DNA from: Owenia fusiformis
Taxonomy: Eukaryota
Assembly: GCA_903813345.2 (NCBI GenBank)
Contig: CAIIXF020000001.1
Location: 37,014,001-37,078,000 of the forward strand
Reading direction: 5' to 3'
DNA length: 64,000 nucleotides
A program made the translations under genes and the position numbers. Positions 45,601-55,481 of the stretch are shown here, piece after piece; position 1 is the first letter of the stretch; the number at the start of each line of letters is the position of its first letter. The notes beneath the pieces are model-generated. The model worked only from the letters and a program-made list of their open reading frames with translations, had not been told where the DNA came from and searched no databases.

Positions 45601-48600
45601 AGACTAAATCAATATTAGATGAATTCCTCCATATACAGGACAAAAAGGAGGCTATATTGTGTATAGAGGAACTACGGTCTCCTCAGACTATTAGCACTTT
45701 TGTATATACAGCACTAAACCATGTGCTAGAACGCTCACAGCAAGCCCGCAGGCAAACTGGAATGCTTATTCATGATGTTGTTAAAAGTGGTGCAGTCTCT
45801 GTAGATAGTTATGTAAAAGGGTAAGTGAACTTAATTCTTTTCTATTGTTATTATTTGTAACAAGATATCTTATGCAACCTGCTAGCGCACCCGTCAGCAT
45901 GAGACAACTAAAATTTATTTATTTCCAAAAGCGATAATTCTTATTATTCTGTTTAGTCTCATTAATTCTTGGTAGTTAATCGATTCATCTTATCTGTTCC
46001 AGTCTACAAGAGATATTAGAGTTCGCTGATGATATGGAAATAGACATCCCTAAAATTTGGAATTATCTTGCGGAACTGATAGGTCCCATGATTCAGGACA
46101 GCAGTGTCCCTCTCCTCTTCCTCAAAGATGCCTTCCAACCCCTGCTCAGGTGTAACAAAGCTGGCAAGCTGGCCGCTGCAGTACTTCATGATGCCAGCAC
46201 CAGACTGGGCCACCACACGGTGGCAGAGTTGTGGAAGGCCTCGGGCCTACAATGGTCAGACTTTCTCGCACCTGGTCATAGTAGAACGGAGTTTATAAAA
46301 CAAAATGTGAGTGATTCCACCATCTTCTTAGGTTATTATCCCATCGAACGAAGTTCGGAGGGATATAGGGAACGCCTCCGTCCGTCCGTACGTCCATCCG
46401 TCCGTCCGTCCGGGCAATAACTCAAATACTGTTGGCCCGATTTTGTTCATATTTTGTACACATATACCCTATGGGGGTAGAAGTTCTGCTCGAGAGCTGA
46501 TTTTCAAAATGGCCGCTCATTTAAAAATGGCGGCCATTTTAGTGCCCAATTTACAGTACTTTAGGTGCAATATGTAAAACTGTAATAGCAATATGTTTGA
46601 GATGTAAAAAAAATTATATAGGACATTAATAAAGCTAGAAATGTAGATATTAAAGAAGCACATGGCAGCCATCTTGAAAAATGGCGGCCTTTACTCGTTA
46701 TTTTACGATTTTTGCTGTAACTTGAAAAGTAGTGGAGCGATTTTGTTCATATTTGGTATGTGAATACTATAAATATTGCACACTGCTTAAAGACACTTTT
46801 GGTAGAAGGCGGCCATTTTGAAAAATGGCCACCATTTTAACATATTTTACTATAACTCGAAAAGTAGTGGAGCGATTTTGTTCATATTTGGTATGTGAAT
46901 ACTATAAGCATGACACACTGTCCTATGACACTTTTGGTAGAAGGCGGCCATTTTGAAAAAAATTTTGAAAAATGGCCGCCATTTTAAGGTATTTTACTAT
47001 AACTCGAAAAGTAGTGAAGCGATTTTGTTCATATTTGGTATGTGAATACTATAAGCACGGCACACTGTCTAATGGCACTTTTGGTAGAAGGTGGCCATTT
47101 TGAAAAATGGCCACCATTTTAACGTATTTTACTATAACTTGAAAAGTAGTAGAGCGATTTTGTTCATATTTGGTATGTGAATACTATAAGCATGGCACAT
47201 GGTCTAATGACACTTTTGGTAGAAGGCGGCCATTTTGAAAAATGGCTGCCATTTTTGCTATATACTTTGTTTGTAAAAATGCCATCCATGGCTGTTCGAT
47301 GGGATTCGCTACGCTTTGGCGTTGCCGTTGTTCTGGTTTAACATACCATTCATTGCTTCAAGTAGCCTGTGATGAGCAACCACATCCCTGTCTGACATCT
47401 GTGAAGATTTACAGTGAATTCCTCGTTGCTGAGGTTACCTAACGAAGTAATGATGATCGTAGAACATGTAAAAGTAAATATTTTCTTATTTGTATCTTAG
47501 TATGTCTTCTTATTGTTCTTATTCATAGGGATAACTAACTTGTTGTGTTTGTTTTTGTAGAGTCTAGAATTTACTGTAGATAGTGACACGCCTCTCAGCC
47601 CCACAGTCAGACAACCACTAGCGATAGTAAAACAGGAGCTTAGACGCCTAATAGAAAAAAATATTTCCAATGAGCAGATATTTGATTGGATATCATCTAG
47701 TGTTGGGGAGCCACAATGTCGGGAACCTCAATTTATTCGTGCTCTCATGAGGGCAGTCTGTAATAGTGCAATCAAAGGTATGTCAACAAACAGAGCAGTT
47801 ATAACCTAGTTATAACCTACATGAAGTCTTGCTTCAAGTCTTGTTAATCCCCCTTTTTCTCTTCTTTGTGAAGGTGTCATGTTAGTGGGGTAGACACACA
47901 CCTGATGCAAGACTTCCTAGTTGATATATTTACATAGTGTAAATTATGTATTTGTGCATCATAGATGATGATTGAATTATTGCATAGCTCATCAGAAATG
48001 GTTTGTGAAGATTATATTTTCTCTTAGCTGATATGATGCTTTCATATTGAGAAACTTAATGAATTATTCTTTCAACTTCTCTGTAAATAGTGAGTGAGAA
48101 ACATTATATTCTTCTCTTGTCACCAATCCATGTGCGTTTTACTGGTATGGCAAATAAAATAACTAAATGTGTTGATATATGTATTGCAGGATCCTTACCA
48201 AACATTAGTTATGAACTAAAAGAGATCAAAGATAGACAGTTACTTCTACAACGGTATCTAGATCACCAGCCCACCCTAGAACTACAGGCGCTATATGAGC
48301 TACAAGCCTTAGTACATGAATTAGAGCACCCACCAGGTATGAATTTGAACACATATGTCTGAATATTCAGAGCACTGATTAGAAATAGAGGAATGCAATT
48401 TATTGAGGCAGAGGGTTCAATAGATGGTATGATTGAACAGGAATCTGATATATTGTGTATTACTAAATTATGCATGCATTAGATATGTTATCCAGTACTG
48501 TAACAGTAAGAATCCAGTTGTGCTCTGTAATCTAAAATATCATCAAATTCATAATTGATTTTGCATCATAAATGATGATTGAATTATTGCATAGCTCATC

Positions 48601-48965
48601 AGAAATGGTTTGTGAAGATAATATTTTCTCTTAGCTGATATGATGCATCATTTTACCTGTAAAATGTAGTATTCTTTAATAATTTGCTGGAAAATAATTT
48701 CTCGTCTCATTTTGAACTAAAATATTCCCAGATTGTGAAGGAGATACCTATAGAACCACCCTATATTCTACTTTTCATATTTCCAGGTTTACTACGGAAT
48801 ATATTTGATACATTATATGACGAGGACATTATATCTGAGGATGCCTTTAACCAATGGGAAGCTAGTGAAGATCCCGCTGAGCAGGAAGGCAAGGGAGTTG
48901 CGCGTAAATCAGTTGTACAGTTCTTTACCTGGTTACGCGAGGCTGATGAGGAGGCAGAAAGTTGA
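24670..48965 (+). CDS. EIF4G: Eukaryotic translation initiation factor 4 gamma, multi-exon; true start codon uncertain
   Basis: Phase-consistent exons: 24670-24719, 25242-25409, 29306-29500, 29845-29977, 30248-30462, 30750-31430, 38470-38803, 39326-39459, 39887-40006, 40904-41083, 41464-41601, 41854-41913, 42238-42396, 42530-42609, 42773-43034, 43468-43616, 44000-44126, 44526-44662, 44925-45128, 45467-45820, 46003-46306, 47561-47777, 48190-48336, 48787-48965 (TGA). Motifs: PABP-binding [16 protein letters not shown] (~30316-30363), eIF4E-binding YDRDFLL (39364-39384), MIF4G ([11 protein letters not shown]...[12 protein letters not shown]...SRVRFMLQD), MA3 and W2 ([15 protein letters not shown]...FFTWLREA). 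Confidence 0.96.
25804..26119. mobile_element. piggyBac-like MITE
   Basis: TTAA-CCCTTTCCCGACG ... CGTCGTGAAAGGG-TTAA (12/13 TIR match). Confidence 0.8.
26419..26552 (+). ncRNA. H/ACA snoRNA, SNORA17(ACA17)-like, copy 1
   Basis: Hairpin - H box (ATATTA) - hairpin - ACA+3 nt, 134 nt. Pocket 1 (AGGCGTT / GTCA) is complementary to 28S UGAC-U-G-AACGCCU and lies 14 nt from the H box. Near-identical second copy at 32414. Confidence 0.85.
26946..28167. mobile_element. hAT-like MITE (host of copy C)
   Basis: TIR CAGGGTTCTCAC...TTTAGACTCCAGAT / ATCTGGTGTCTAAA...GTGAGAACCCTG; no clear TSD. Confidence 0.7.
27275..28101. mobile_element. Family 1 hAT-like element copy C, nested in another MITE
   Basis: Same TIRs; 8-bp TSD ATGGGGAG / ATGCGGAG. 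Confidence 0.85.
28325..29053. mobile_element. Old degenerate foldback/MITE
   Basis: GGTATCGATATGATGAAC vs GTTCACCATATCGATACC, with further inverted similarity inside. Confidence 0.5.
29583..29666 (+). ncRNA. C/D snoRNA, SNORD80/snR60-like, copy 1
   Basis: C box 29593-29599, D' CAGA, C' GATGA, D CTGA 29654-29657, terminal stem. D guide TTTCGCCCCTAT is complementary to 28S AUAGGGGCGAAA; D' guide is GTATAGCTCA. Confidence 0.9.
30569..30648 (+). ncRNA. C/D snoRNA, SNORD80/snR60-like, copy 2
   Basis: TGTCATA stem, C box 30577-30583, D box 30638-30641, same guides as copy 1. Confidence 0.9.
31209..31313 (+). repeat. Coding 21-bp minisatellite (EPARVAT x5) in eIF4G
   Basis: GAACCTGCTCGTGTTGCAACT: four perfect units and one partial unit. 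Confidence 0.95.
32414..32547 (+). ncRNA. H/ACA snoRNA, SNORA17(ACA17)-like, copy 2
   Basis: Same structure as 26419-26552. The few differences preserve pairing, and similarity ends close to the predicted RNA ends. Confidence 0.85.
35934..35987 (+). CDS. Candidate alternative first coding exon of eIF4[19 protein letters not shown]
   Basis: aaacATG context, 18 open codons and a perfect phase-0 donor ACG|GTAAGT that matches the phase-0 acceptor of exon 38470. It lies in the 7-kb intron. Confidence 0.6.
39143..39222 (+). ncRNA. C/D snoRNA, SNORD80/snR60-like, copy 3
   Basis: C box 39151-39157, D box 39212-39215, TGTCATA/TATGACA stem. Confidence 0.9.
39712..39784 (+). ncRNA. C/D snoRNA, SNORD77-like, copy 1
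   Basis: GTGATGATGA C box, invariant D' guide TGTATGGCTTAT-CTGA, D box 39775-39778. The layout resembles human U77 as recalled. Confidence 0.8.
40206..40651. mobile_element. hAT-like MITE
   Basis: TIR TAGGGGTGAGA / TCTCACCCCTA, perfect 8-bp TSD GTAATATG, subterminal TCGA-rich motifs. Confidence 0.88.
41151..41230 (+). ncRNA. C/D snoRNA guiding 18S (yeast snR57/Gm1572-equivalent site), copy 1
   Basis: C box 41159-41165, D' CTGA, C' GTGAAGA, D box 41219-41222. Guide GAATTCCTCGTT is complementary to 18S AACGAGGAAUUC. Confidence 0.88.
41684..41763 (+). ncRNA. C/D snoRNA, snR57-like, copy 2 (D box TTGA)
   Basis: Same as copy 1, but the D box reads TTGA (41752-41755) and D' reads CAGA. Confidence 0.75.
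42410..42466 (+). pseudogene. Degenerate SNORD80-like relic
   Basis: GCTCATCAGAAATTACCGATGAAGATTTTATT matches the core of the SNORD80-like copies. The C box, D guide and D box are eroded. Confidence 0.65.
43215..43289 (+). ncRNA. C/D snoRNA, SNORD77-like, copy 2
   Basis: GTGTCTTA/TAAGACAC stem, C box, guide TGTATGGCTTAT-CCGA, D box 43278-43281. Confidence 0.8.
43699..43778 (+). ncRNA. C/D snoRNA, SNORD80/snR60-like, copy 4
   Basis: C box 43707-43713, D box 43768-43771, core identical to copies 2 and 3. Confidence 0.9.
44213..44287 (+). ncRNA. C/D snoRNA, snR57-like, copy 3
   Basis: Intact boxes and guide, TAGCC/GGTTA stem. Confidence 0.88.
44732..44810 (+). ncRNA. C/D snoRNA, SNORD77-like, copy 3
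   Basis: GGTGCC/GGCACC stem, C box, same D' guide, D box 44798-44801. Confidence 0.8.
45312..45380 (+). pseudogene. Degenerate copy of the SNORD80-derived variant
   Basis: ATGAAGATTGAATTTTTGTATTGCTCATGAGAAATTGTTTGTGAAGA..CTGATTTGATGC aligns to 47956-48039 with a mutated C box, a mutated D' box and a deletion. Confidence 0.65.
46333..47338 (+). mobile_element. Helentron-associated interspersed element (HINE/DINE-1-like) with an internal ~120-bp tandem array
   Basis: SubTIRs ATCCCATCGAAC (46338) / GTTCGATGGGAT (47294), (CCGT)n microsatellite, about 4.5 tandem units at ~46670-47260, 3' hairpin at ~47308-47325. Confidence 0.85.
47362..47438 (+). ncRNA. C/D snoRNA, snR57-like, copy 4
   Basis: Intact boxes and guide, GTAGCC/GGTTAC stem. 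Confidence 0.88.
47956..48039 (+). ncRNA. C/D snoRNA, SNORD80-derived variant (D guide diverged), copy 1
   Basis: GCATCATA/TATGATGC stem, C box 47965-47971, D' guide GCATAGCTCAT-CAGA, D box 48028-48031. Confidence 0.85.
48562..48647 (+). ncRNA. C/D snoRNA, SNORD80-derived variant, copy 2
   Basis: C box 48572-48578, D box 48635-48638, 9-bp terminal stem, near-identical to the 47956 copy. Confidence 0.85.
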
Positions 48966-51374
48966 TAATCACCACCCTTAGGACTGGCTGGATTATAGAT
49001 ATACTGCAATTTTGTGATTTCTATACAATTATATAGTAAATGCTCCTATGGATGTCTATGGATTGGAGCCTCTGAATTTGAATTCTGCACTGTAACTCAA
49101 TCTTGCATAACCATTGATACAAAAGCAAATGATGCTATCACTGTGGACATTTCGAATTGTAACCCACAACTATGACTGTAGGGATGAAAATCTTATGTGA
49201 TCATTATTATGTATATGCAGATGACTGGTAAATGTGAGGATTGTGGATCTATGGTGCTTTATGAGAATATACCTGCACTTAGCATGCTGATTCCGCGATT
49301 TTAAACCACTTTCAACCACTTCATTGAATTGAATGATTATACGTCTGTCTAATTGGTCAAAATTGTTCCAAGTTTGATATATGAAAATGCGTTTGTTGAT
49401 TCTTTAGACAGTATTCTATGAAGTATTATATTTATCAGGTCTGCTAAACAAGACTACAGAACATAGATATTTAATTGAGGTGATGGGATTCCCAGGTTGT
49501 GGGTGAAACCTTAAATTGCCTGCCTAGCTTTTGTAAACCATTGGCACAAGAATGACAGGTTCTGTTAACTCTCTCTCTGAACTTGTTACAATGATGTTCA
49601 CTTGGTTCTAGAAGAGCCTTTTGTATGAAGTGCCTGATTTGACAGGTTCCTAGCTTTAGTAACCATAGCAACCAGAAAGGGGGATTCTGAGCTAGATTGA
49701 ATGACTAACTCGGAATATCACTTTCTTGGAAAATTAATATATTCTGGTTGATTTTTTGAGAAATTTTTATTATTTTTGTTAATTTATCTGTCATGAAATA
49801 ATTGCAAATGAGTAGTATAAGGTTGTGTAAATTGTAAGACCCGTCATAGATTGGATGTGGCAACTTGAATCGGGAGTTGACATCTTACACAGCAATACTT
49901 TAAACTGTGTAGTATGTCTTCAATGTACAGCGCAATGTAGCATGGGTCACATTCTGAATGTGTCTTATGAAACTTGAGAATCAAGAGTCCTAGTCAACAT
50001 GTGTTTTTGTTGAATGGCAATGTCTTTGTAATACAGAAATGTTCAACCAATGGGCTTGTAAATAAATAATGTAAAAACAAATCATTTTAAGAATTTTGTT
50101 TGTTCAAATAGATTTGAATGTGAATAGTTTCTTGCTCTGCTGTTCGTTATCAGAATTTAAGAAGGGACATGTTGCAGAGTTTTCAATATGATTTTTGGGG
50201 TTGAACCAATTAAATCAGAAAATTGTTTTATTATCATTTATTGAAATGAAGTCTCACTCATCATTGTGTAACTGTACTAAGCAGTACAGCACCCTCTCTC
50301 TGAGTAAATGTTGAGGTCATTTTTGGCTCCATTTGGAAAACTGCTTAATCTATTCAAGGGTGGGATGGTGGGTGCTGTTCACCCCTAGTCTTTTTGTACC
50401 AAAATTGAAGGGTTCTGAGCACTGAAGTAACTGTATTTGGTATCTTTTAAATAATGTTTATCATTGTCGCTTTCCACTGGGTATAGAGGAAGGAACAACT
50501 GAAACGTGAATCAAGATGGCAGTCACATTTTTTATTATCTCTATTTACAATACAATGTACATGAACTAGTGTAGTTACAAAATGGCATATTTAGAATTTC
50601 AAAAAAAAATTTGATCTTTAAGGGCCATGAATTCAGACAATCCTAGAGATTTTTCAGATTTCTTATTTGAAGAGACTGCGAATTTGAATTCATGCTATCT
50701 AATATGAGGTATTCATCAGAATTTCACAAAAAATTATATAGAATCCAAAAAAGTATCCAGTTGAATTTTGTTTCAGTCAAAATTAAAATTTATTCCAGGA
50801 TGTCCAGATTAATCCATAATGAATCGTTACGATGGAGAAACCCCAGATTTGAAAATGGCTCGAAAATGAAAAAACTGTCACAGAAAATGATAAAAATTAC
50901 TATTTATCACAGTTGCTATTCAAATGTATTGTTGAAACTCAACATTCTTTCGACTTTTCCTCTCTTGAGTCTTACAATCAAAAGTAAAAAGTTCAGTCCT
51001 TTATTGGATCTAAAAATCCAGTATTGAAATTAATTTCGATGCTCCCACTTCATCCTGGATCATGGTACAAGAAGTTAAATTACAAGATTCTAACTAAACG
51101 CAAAAGACAGAGAAGATATGGTACCCCTTTAAAGATATAGCAAACTATAATATGCAATATTTTGAGATCATTGACCATCTTACTTCACCAGGTTCATGCC
51201 TTGTGATAACAATAAGAGATGGTGTTCAAATGTTGACAGTTGGCGAATAAACAGTTCATTTCACTTCTTTTGTAAATATGATTTTTCAACATAATGAAAT
51301 CCATCTTCTACCCCTTCCCTGCAAATGTAATTAATGTCACTACTGTTGACATTTAGAACACCATGCTTTAACAG

Positions 51375-51380
51375 AATAAA
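51375..51380 (+). other. Candidate eIF4G polyadenylation signal
   Basis: AATAAA about 2.4 kb after the stop; other AATAAA hexamers at 50061 and 51246. Confidence 0.35.
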
Positions 51381-51937
51381 AACTCTGTCTGGGCCAGAAC
51401 ACACAAAACAAGGCTAGTTGGGACAACGTTGAGTCATTGCTTAGGGTTCTACATGTAGGCGGTCCTTAAATTCACAATTGGAATCTGTATATATCCCCAC
51501 TAAAATATAAGATAAAGCCTAGCATCATGTCTCTGGTCCTCAGCATTTTCTACTTTATTTCCCTTCGGTCGTATTTCCTGATGGGGTTTACACAAGGGCT
51601 TGAGGCAACACTAAATGAACCGGTTTTTCTAGATTGAATGTGTAATTATTCTGTGTTCTGTCCTTGGTATATACACTTTCAAGTTCATTTGACAGCTTTT
51701 AGGTGTCCCATGGCAATGGGATAATGAGTATCCACTGCAATCATTTAAAAAAACATGTAAAATCTTTGTGGCAGTATATTTCAAAGAGGTCGATCAGACA
51801 AAGTTGTTAAGCATGTATAGAAATTCCAGAACTCCAATAGAATTCCCATATTTCTTTCAATTGACAAAACTATTCTGATTGATAGAATATATTTTATCAA
51901 ATCAATTCATTATCCATGCTCGTTTATAATCAATGTA

Positions 51938-54900
51938 TTATGCAAAGTACATCAGCACTGTAAAAAGCAATAACACAATAGAGCTCGTATTGGAGCCAAC
52001 ACTATTGGAATTTCTGTAGAATTTCTTCTCACTATGATTACACTTATATGAATTACACCTATAGCTACTGCAGTATGTATTATCAAGACATTCCGCCATT
52101 GTTCCACTTGTACATCCTCTCTCTACACTGATGAATTCATCTGTGTATGCATTATATTTGGCTAGGGAATAGCAGTATGGTTTGTCAGCTGGACATTGTT
52201 CTGTTCCTATGGCTTGAGTGTTGTTGAAGCAGTCACCAGTGTTGGTGGTATCTGTGCAACTGTAACAGGTAGGCTTGTCCTCTGAAATATAATCATTTTA
52301 TAAGTTGTATGTTACATTTAGTAAACAGTACATATTGGGCCTCTCTTGTGGTTGATTTGTGAACAGCATCTTCCATCTTTTTTCAGCTTTTAGGCCTCGC
52401 ATCCCTTATGTTGAGTTTTTGGTTCTCATACCTTTTGGATCCTTTTACTTTGTACGATAGATATCTTTTGACAACATAATAAATTGCATGCAATACATAA
52501 ATGTATTTCATGATATATTTTTGAAATACCATTTCAGAACCTTTATAAATGGTAATGGTTCATAAAATTGTTTTAGATTTTTAAAATGTGTCATCTATGG
52601 TTTTAAACTGGATTTTTGATCATAGATGTCCCTAGTAACAATATAGTGGATTCCTTCTTGTTCTGGTTCTGAAATTTCACATTTTTTCAAAAGATTTTCA
52701 ATAAAAAATAAAGCAATACTGGACAATTTGTGAAAAAAACATTGAAAATACTGAAAATACAAGAACCTGAATTTTTGTGGTTTTTCATTACTTTACAATA
52801 GTCACAATGTTATCATGTAGTCTATTTGCCAAAATGTATTGTACCTTGATACATTCCATGTTGCCTGTACGTAAGTTCATATCCTTTGTACCCATTTTCT
52901 GCTGCTTCATCAGTATGGAACACTATAGTGGCCTTGTTTGTGTCTAGTGTAAGGTCACGGGGTATCTCATTTCCACACAATTTTTCTGTCACTGCAGATC
53001 CTTCAGCAGTAGTACCTGGAGCAAAAATGATTGCGTACTGTATATAAATGATCATTCATCAGGAAGATCATTAATTAAATCACATTCCTTGAACTGCAAT
53101 TTTAAAATCAGAAAACCATGACATTGCATTCAGTGGCTATTATCGGGCATGGGCACTGGCCCAAGTAGGCCTAGAAAAGTGTCTCTTTTTGAAAATGGGC
53201 CTTTGACAAAACAAAAATCCAATTTCTATGTATAAAGTATTCAAAACACTGTTATGTCATGCGTAACTTCTTGTATTACGTATTGAATTTGAAAACATGA
53301 CCATTCAAACAGCCACATATCTCCAAGACCAACCTGAAAGTGCTACATATAGAACACTCATCACATCACCCCCCTCTAACCTTCTTCTATTTTCTCTCAA
53401 TGCCCAGAGTGAGGGTGGATCATATTTGTTTTTAAAGGTTCTAAAGAAAACACAGATCAACCCACGGTTCAAGGCTAATTTCATCTTCAGAGCTGTATAT
53501 TTAACATAAAAAACTGGATGGTAAGTAGATGTCATGATGCGTATTTGCTATTTTTAAGATGATCATGTCATCCTTCTACCACATGTTTTATATTTGTTTC
53601 CTATGTTTTTTAATTTACTCTGTTGTGGTAAAGTGTAATATATTGGTGTGTTTGGAGGTTTCCTGATATGCTTATGAGGTTAAAAATGCCAAAACATGAT
53701 TCAGGTTCATATGAGGAACAAGAATCACAAAGGGCAGCATTTCAATATTGCTTTATTGTATATACTCTGAATCATGGTTTCAGGCCTTATTTGGAAAATC
53801 CGATCTTTTCAGAGAAATAGTCAAAATATTGTGGTTAGATACTTTGGACTTGGGTTGGGTACAGTAAACAACAGAAAAACATGCTAAATGTATAGGAGTC
53901 AAAATATTTGTTTTACCTTTTACACTATAAAAATAAATTATGGCTTTATTTGTTTCGGAAAATTATATTTTATTTGGGGTAAAAAGATGAGCTCCTCCAT
54001 AAGAATAATTTTCTTCAATATGGGCAATACAAAACACAAATTGTGAAATGAAGTATTATTCTTACCTTCATAAATCTGCAAAAAGTCTACACATTCACCA
54101 TCTACCTTAGGCTGGATATCAAAAAGGTTGAATGTGATTTCCATTCTATATCCTTCTGGCACAGATACTGTTGCTTGACAGTCAATGCTTCCACTGTAAT
54201 TCATGTCCTTCTGTGAGAAGACATTTGCCTCTTCGAATGCCGGATAATTTTCAACACCACTACATCTCGTCAGGTATATGCTGGCTGAAATGTACGGCAT
54301 AATACGACATGAATGTGAAATCAACTCATGTTAACAGATATATTTTTTGGGGAAGGAATGTATAACTTTAATCCTCATTCCTCAAAGAATGTATTGGATG
54401 CACCTGGAAAAAGATGGTGCCTGTTCAAATTTTTGACAACTTATCTGCATGCTATGTATCCATAAAATATATGTAAGATATTGTGTTTTTATACGAGGGA
54501 TGACCAATAACTAATGTAAATTTCACATAGTTACCATTTATCAGTTAAATACATTTCTGATTATTTTTATCAAAGATTGAAACACATTCCACATACTGTC
54601 AAATCCATTCTATGATGATAGTGGCACCAGGCCTGTCAACTGTCCGGCAATTTGCGTATTTGTCACGCATTTGCTGAAGAATTTGAAGTCACGCCAGTTT
54701 TTTTTGCGTGACAGAAAATGTCACGCAAATACGCATTTTACCTGGTAATTGTCACGCAAATATGTTTCTGTAAAATTTTTTTCAAAATATGTTTATGATA
54801 CGGTAAAAATACGAACGTCGGAAAAAAACGAACGCAATTTGTTCGGATTTGTCACGCGAATCCCGTATATGTCACGCATGTTCATTGGAAATTTTCGTAC

Positions 54901-55481
54901 CTACCCCCCCCCCCCCCCCCCCCCCCCCCCCCGTTGACGATAACGCGAGCGTAGCGAGCGCGAAAAATTTGAGGTGATAAAAGTTTAGCAAAGGTGCTCA
55001 AACTTTGGCCAAAGGTGTTTAAAAGTTGGCCAAAGGTGTTCAAAATTTGGACAAAAGTGTTCAGATTTGGACTTCGGTGTCCAACATTTGTAAGTCACTC
55101 ATATTAGGTGGTCCCAAGTTGACAGCCCTGTAGTGGCAAGCTTCACTTGCAACATTTCATCAACAATTTCAATTTCTTCATGTTTGCACCTTCAGTTGTA
55201 ATTGTTCTTTAGATGCTTTAGCTTATCCTGATATAGACCCTTGTATTATATTTGTAATTGTAATAAAAAACAATCACCTTAAACAAAATCAAATCCAGAC
55301 CCTTTTAAACTATATTTCAAATAAAACAAAATGTAAAATTAATTTAATTAAGATAATAGAGGAAAACACAATTTTAAGAAATCAGTATATTTAATTACTA
55401 ACCTATTGCATTGGTTTGAGTGATCCCTAGCACAAGCATCAGTAATCCTAGCACAAAGAGCTGTTGCAGTATCTGCTTCAT
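51938..55481 (-). CDS. Secreted/GPI-anchored CUB + three-finger (Ly6/uPAR, quiver-like) domain protein, about 270 aa
   Basis: Exons, all joined in phase 1: 55481-55403 (signal peptide MKQILQQLFVLGLLMLVLGITQTNAI); 54284-54066 and 53015-52845 (CUB: DCQATVSVPEGYRMEITFNLFDI...CVDFLQIYEG...KLCG...IVFHTD...GYELTY); 52281-51938 (TCYSC...ERGC...C...C...CN with 10 Cys, then S/N-rich spacer and hydrophobic tail IVLLLFTVLMYFA*). Confidence 0.85.
54628..55130. mobile_element. hAT-like MITE with poly-C tract
   Basis: TIR CAGGCCTGTCAACT / AGTTGACAGCCCTG; TAGTGGCA duplicated on both sides; repeated TGTCACGC motifs. Confidence 0.8.

Noticed and set aside
29583..48647. Recurrent ~75-nt direct repeats as a CRISPR-like array or SINE
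   Set aside because: Eukaryotic introns, irregular spacing, sense strand only, bounded by C/D boxes with rRNA antisense elements; these are snoRNAs.
50618..51133. Possible TTAA-flanked element in the eIF4G 3' region
   Set aside because: Terminal inverted repeats are too imperfect to call confidently.
54905..54932. Poly-C tract and poly-proline ORF 54749-54937
   Set aside because: Lies inside a hAT-like MITE; not coding.
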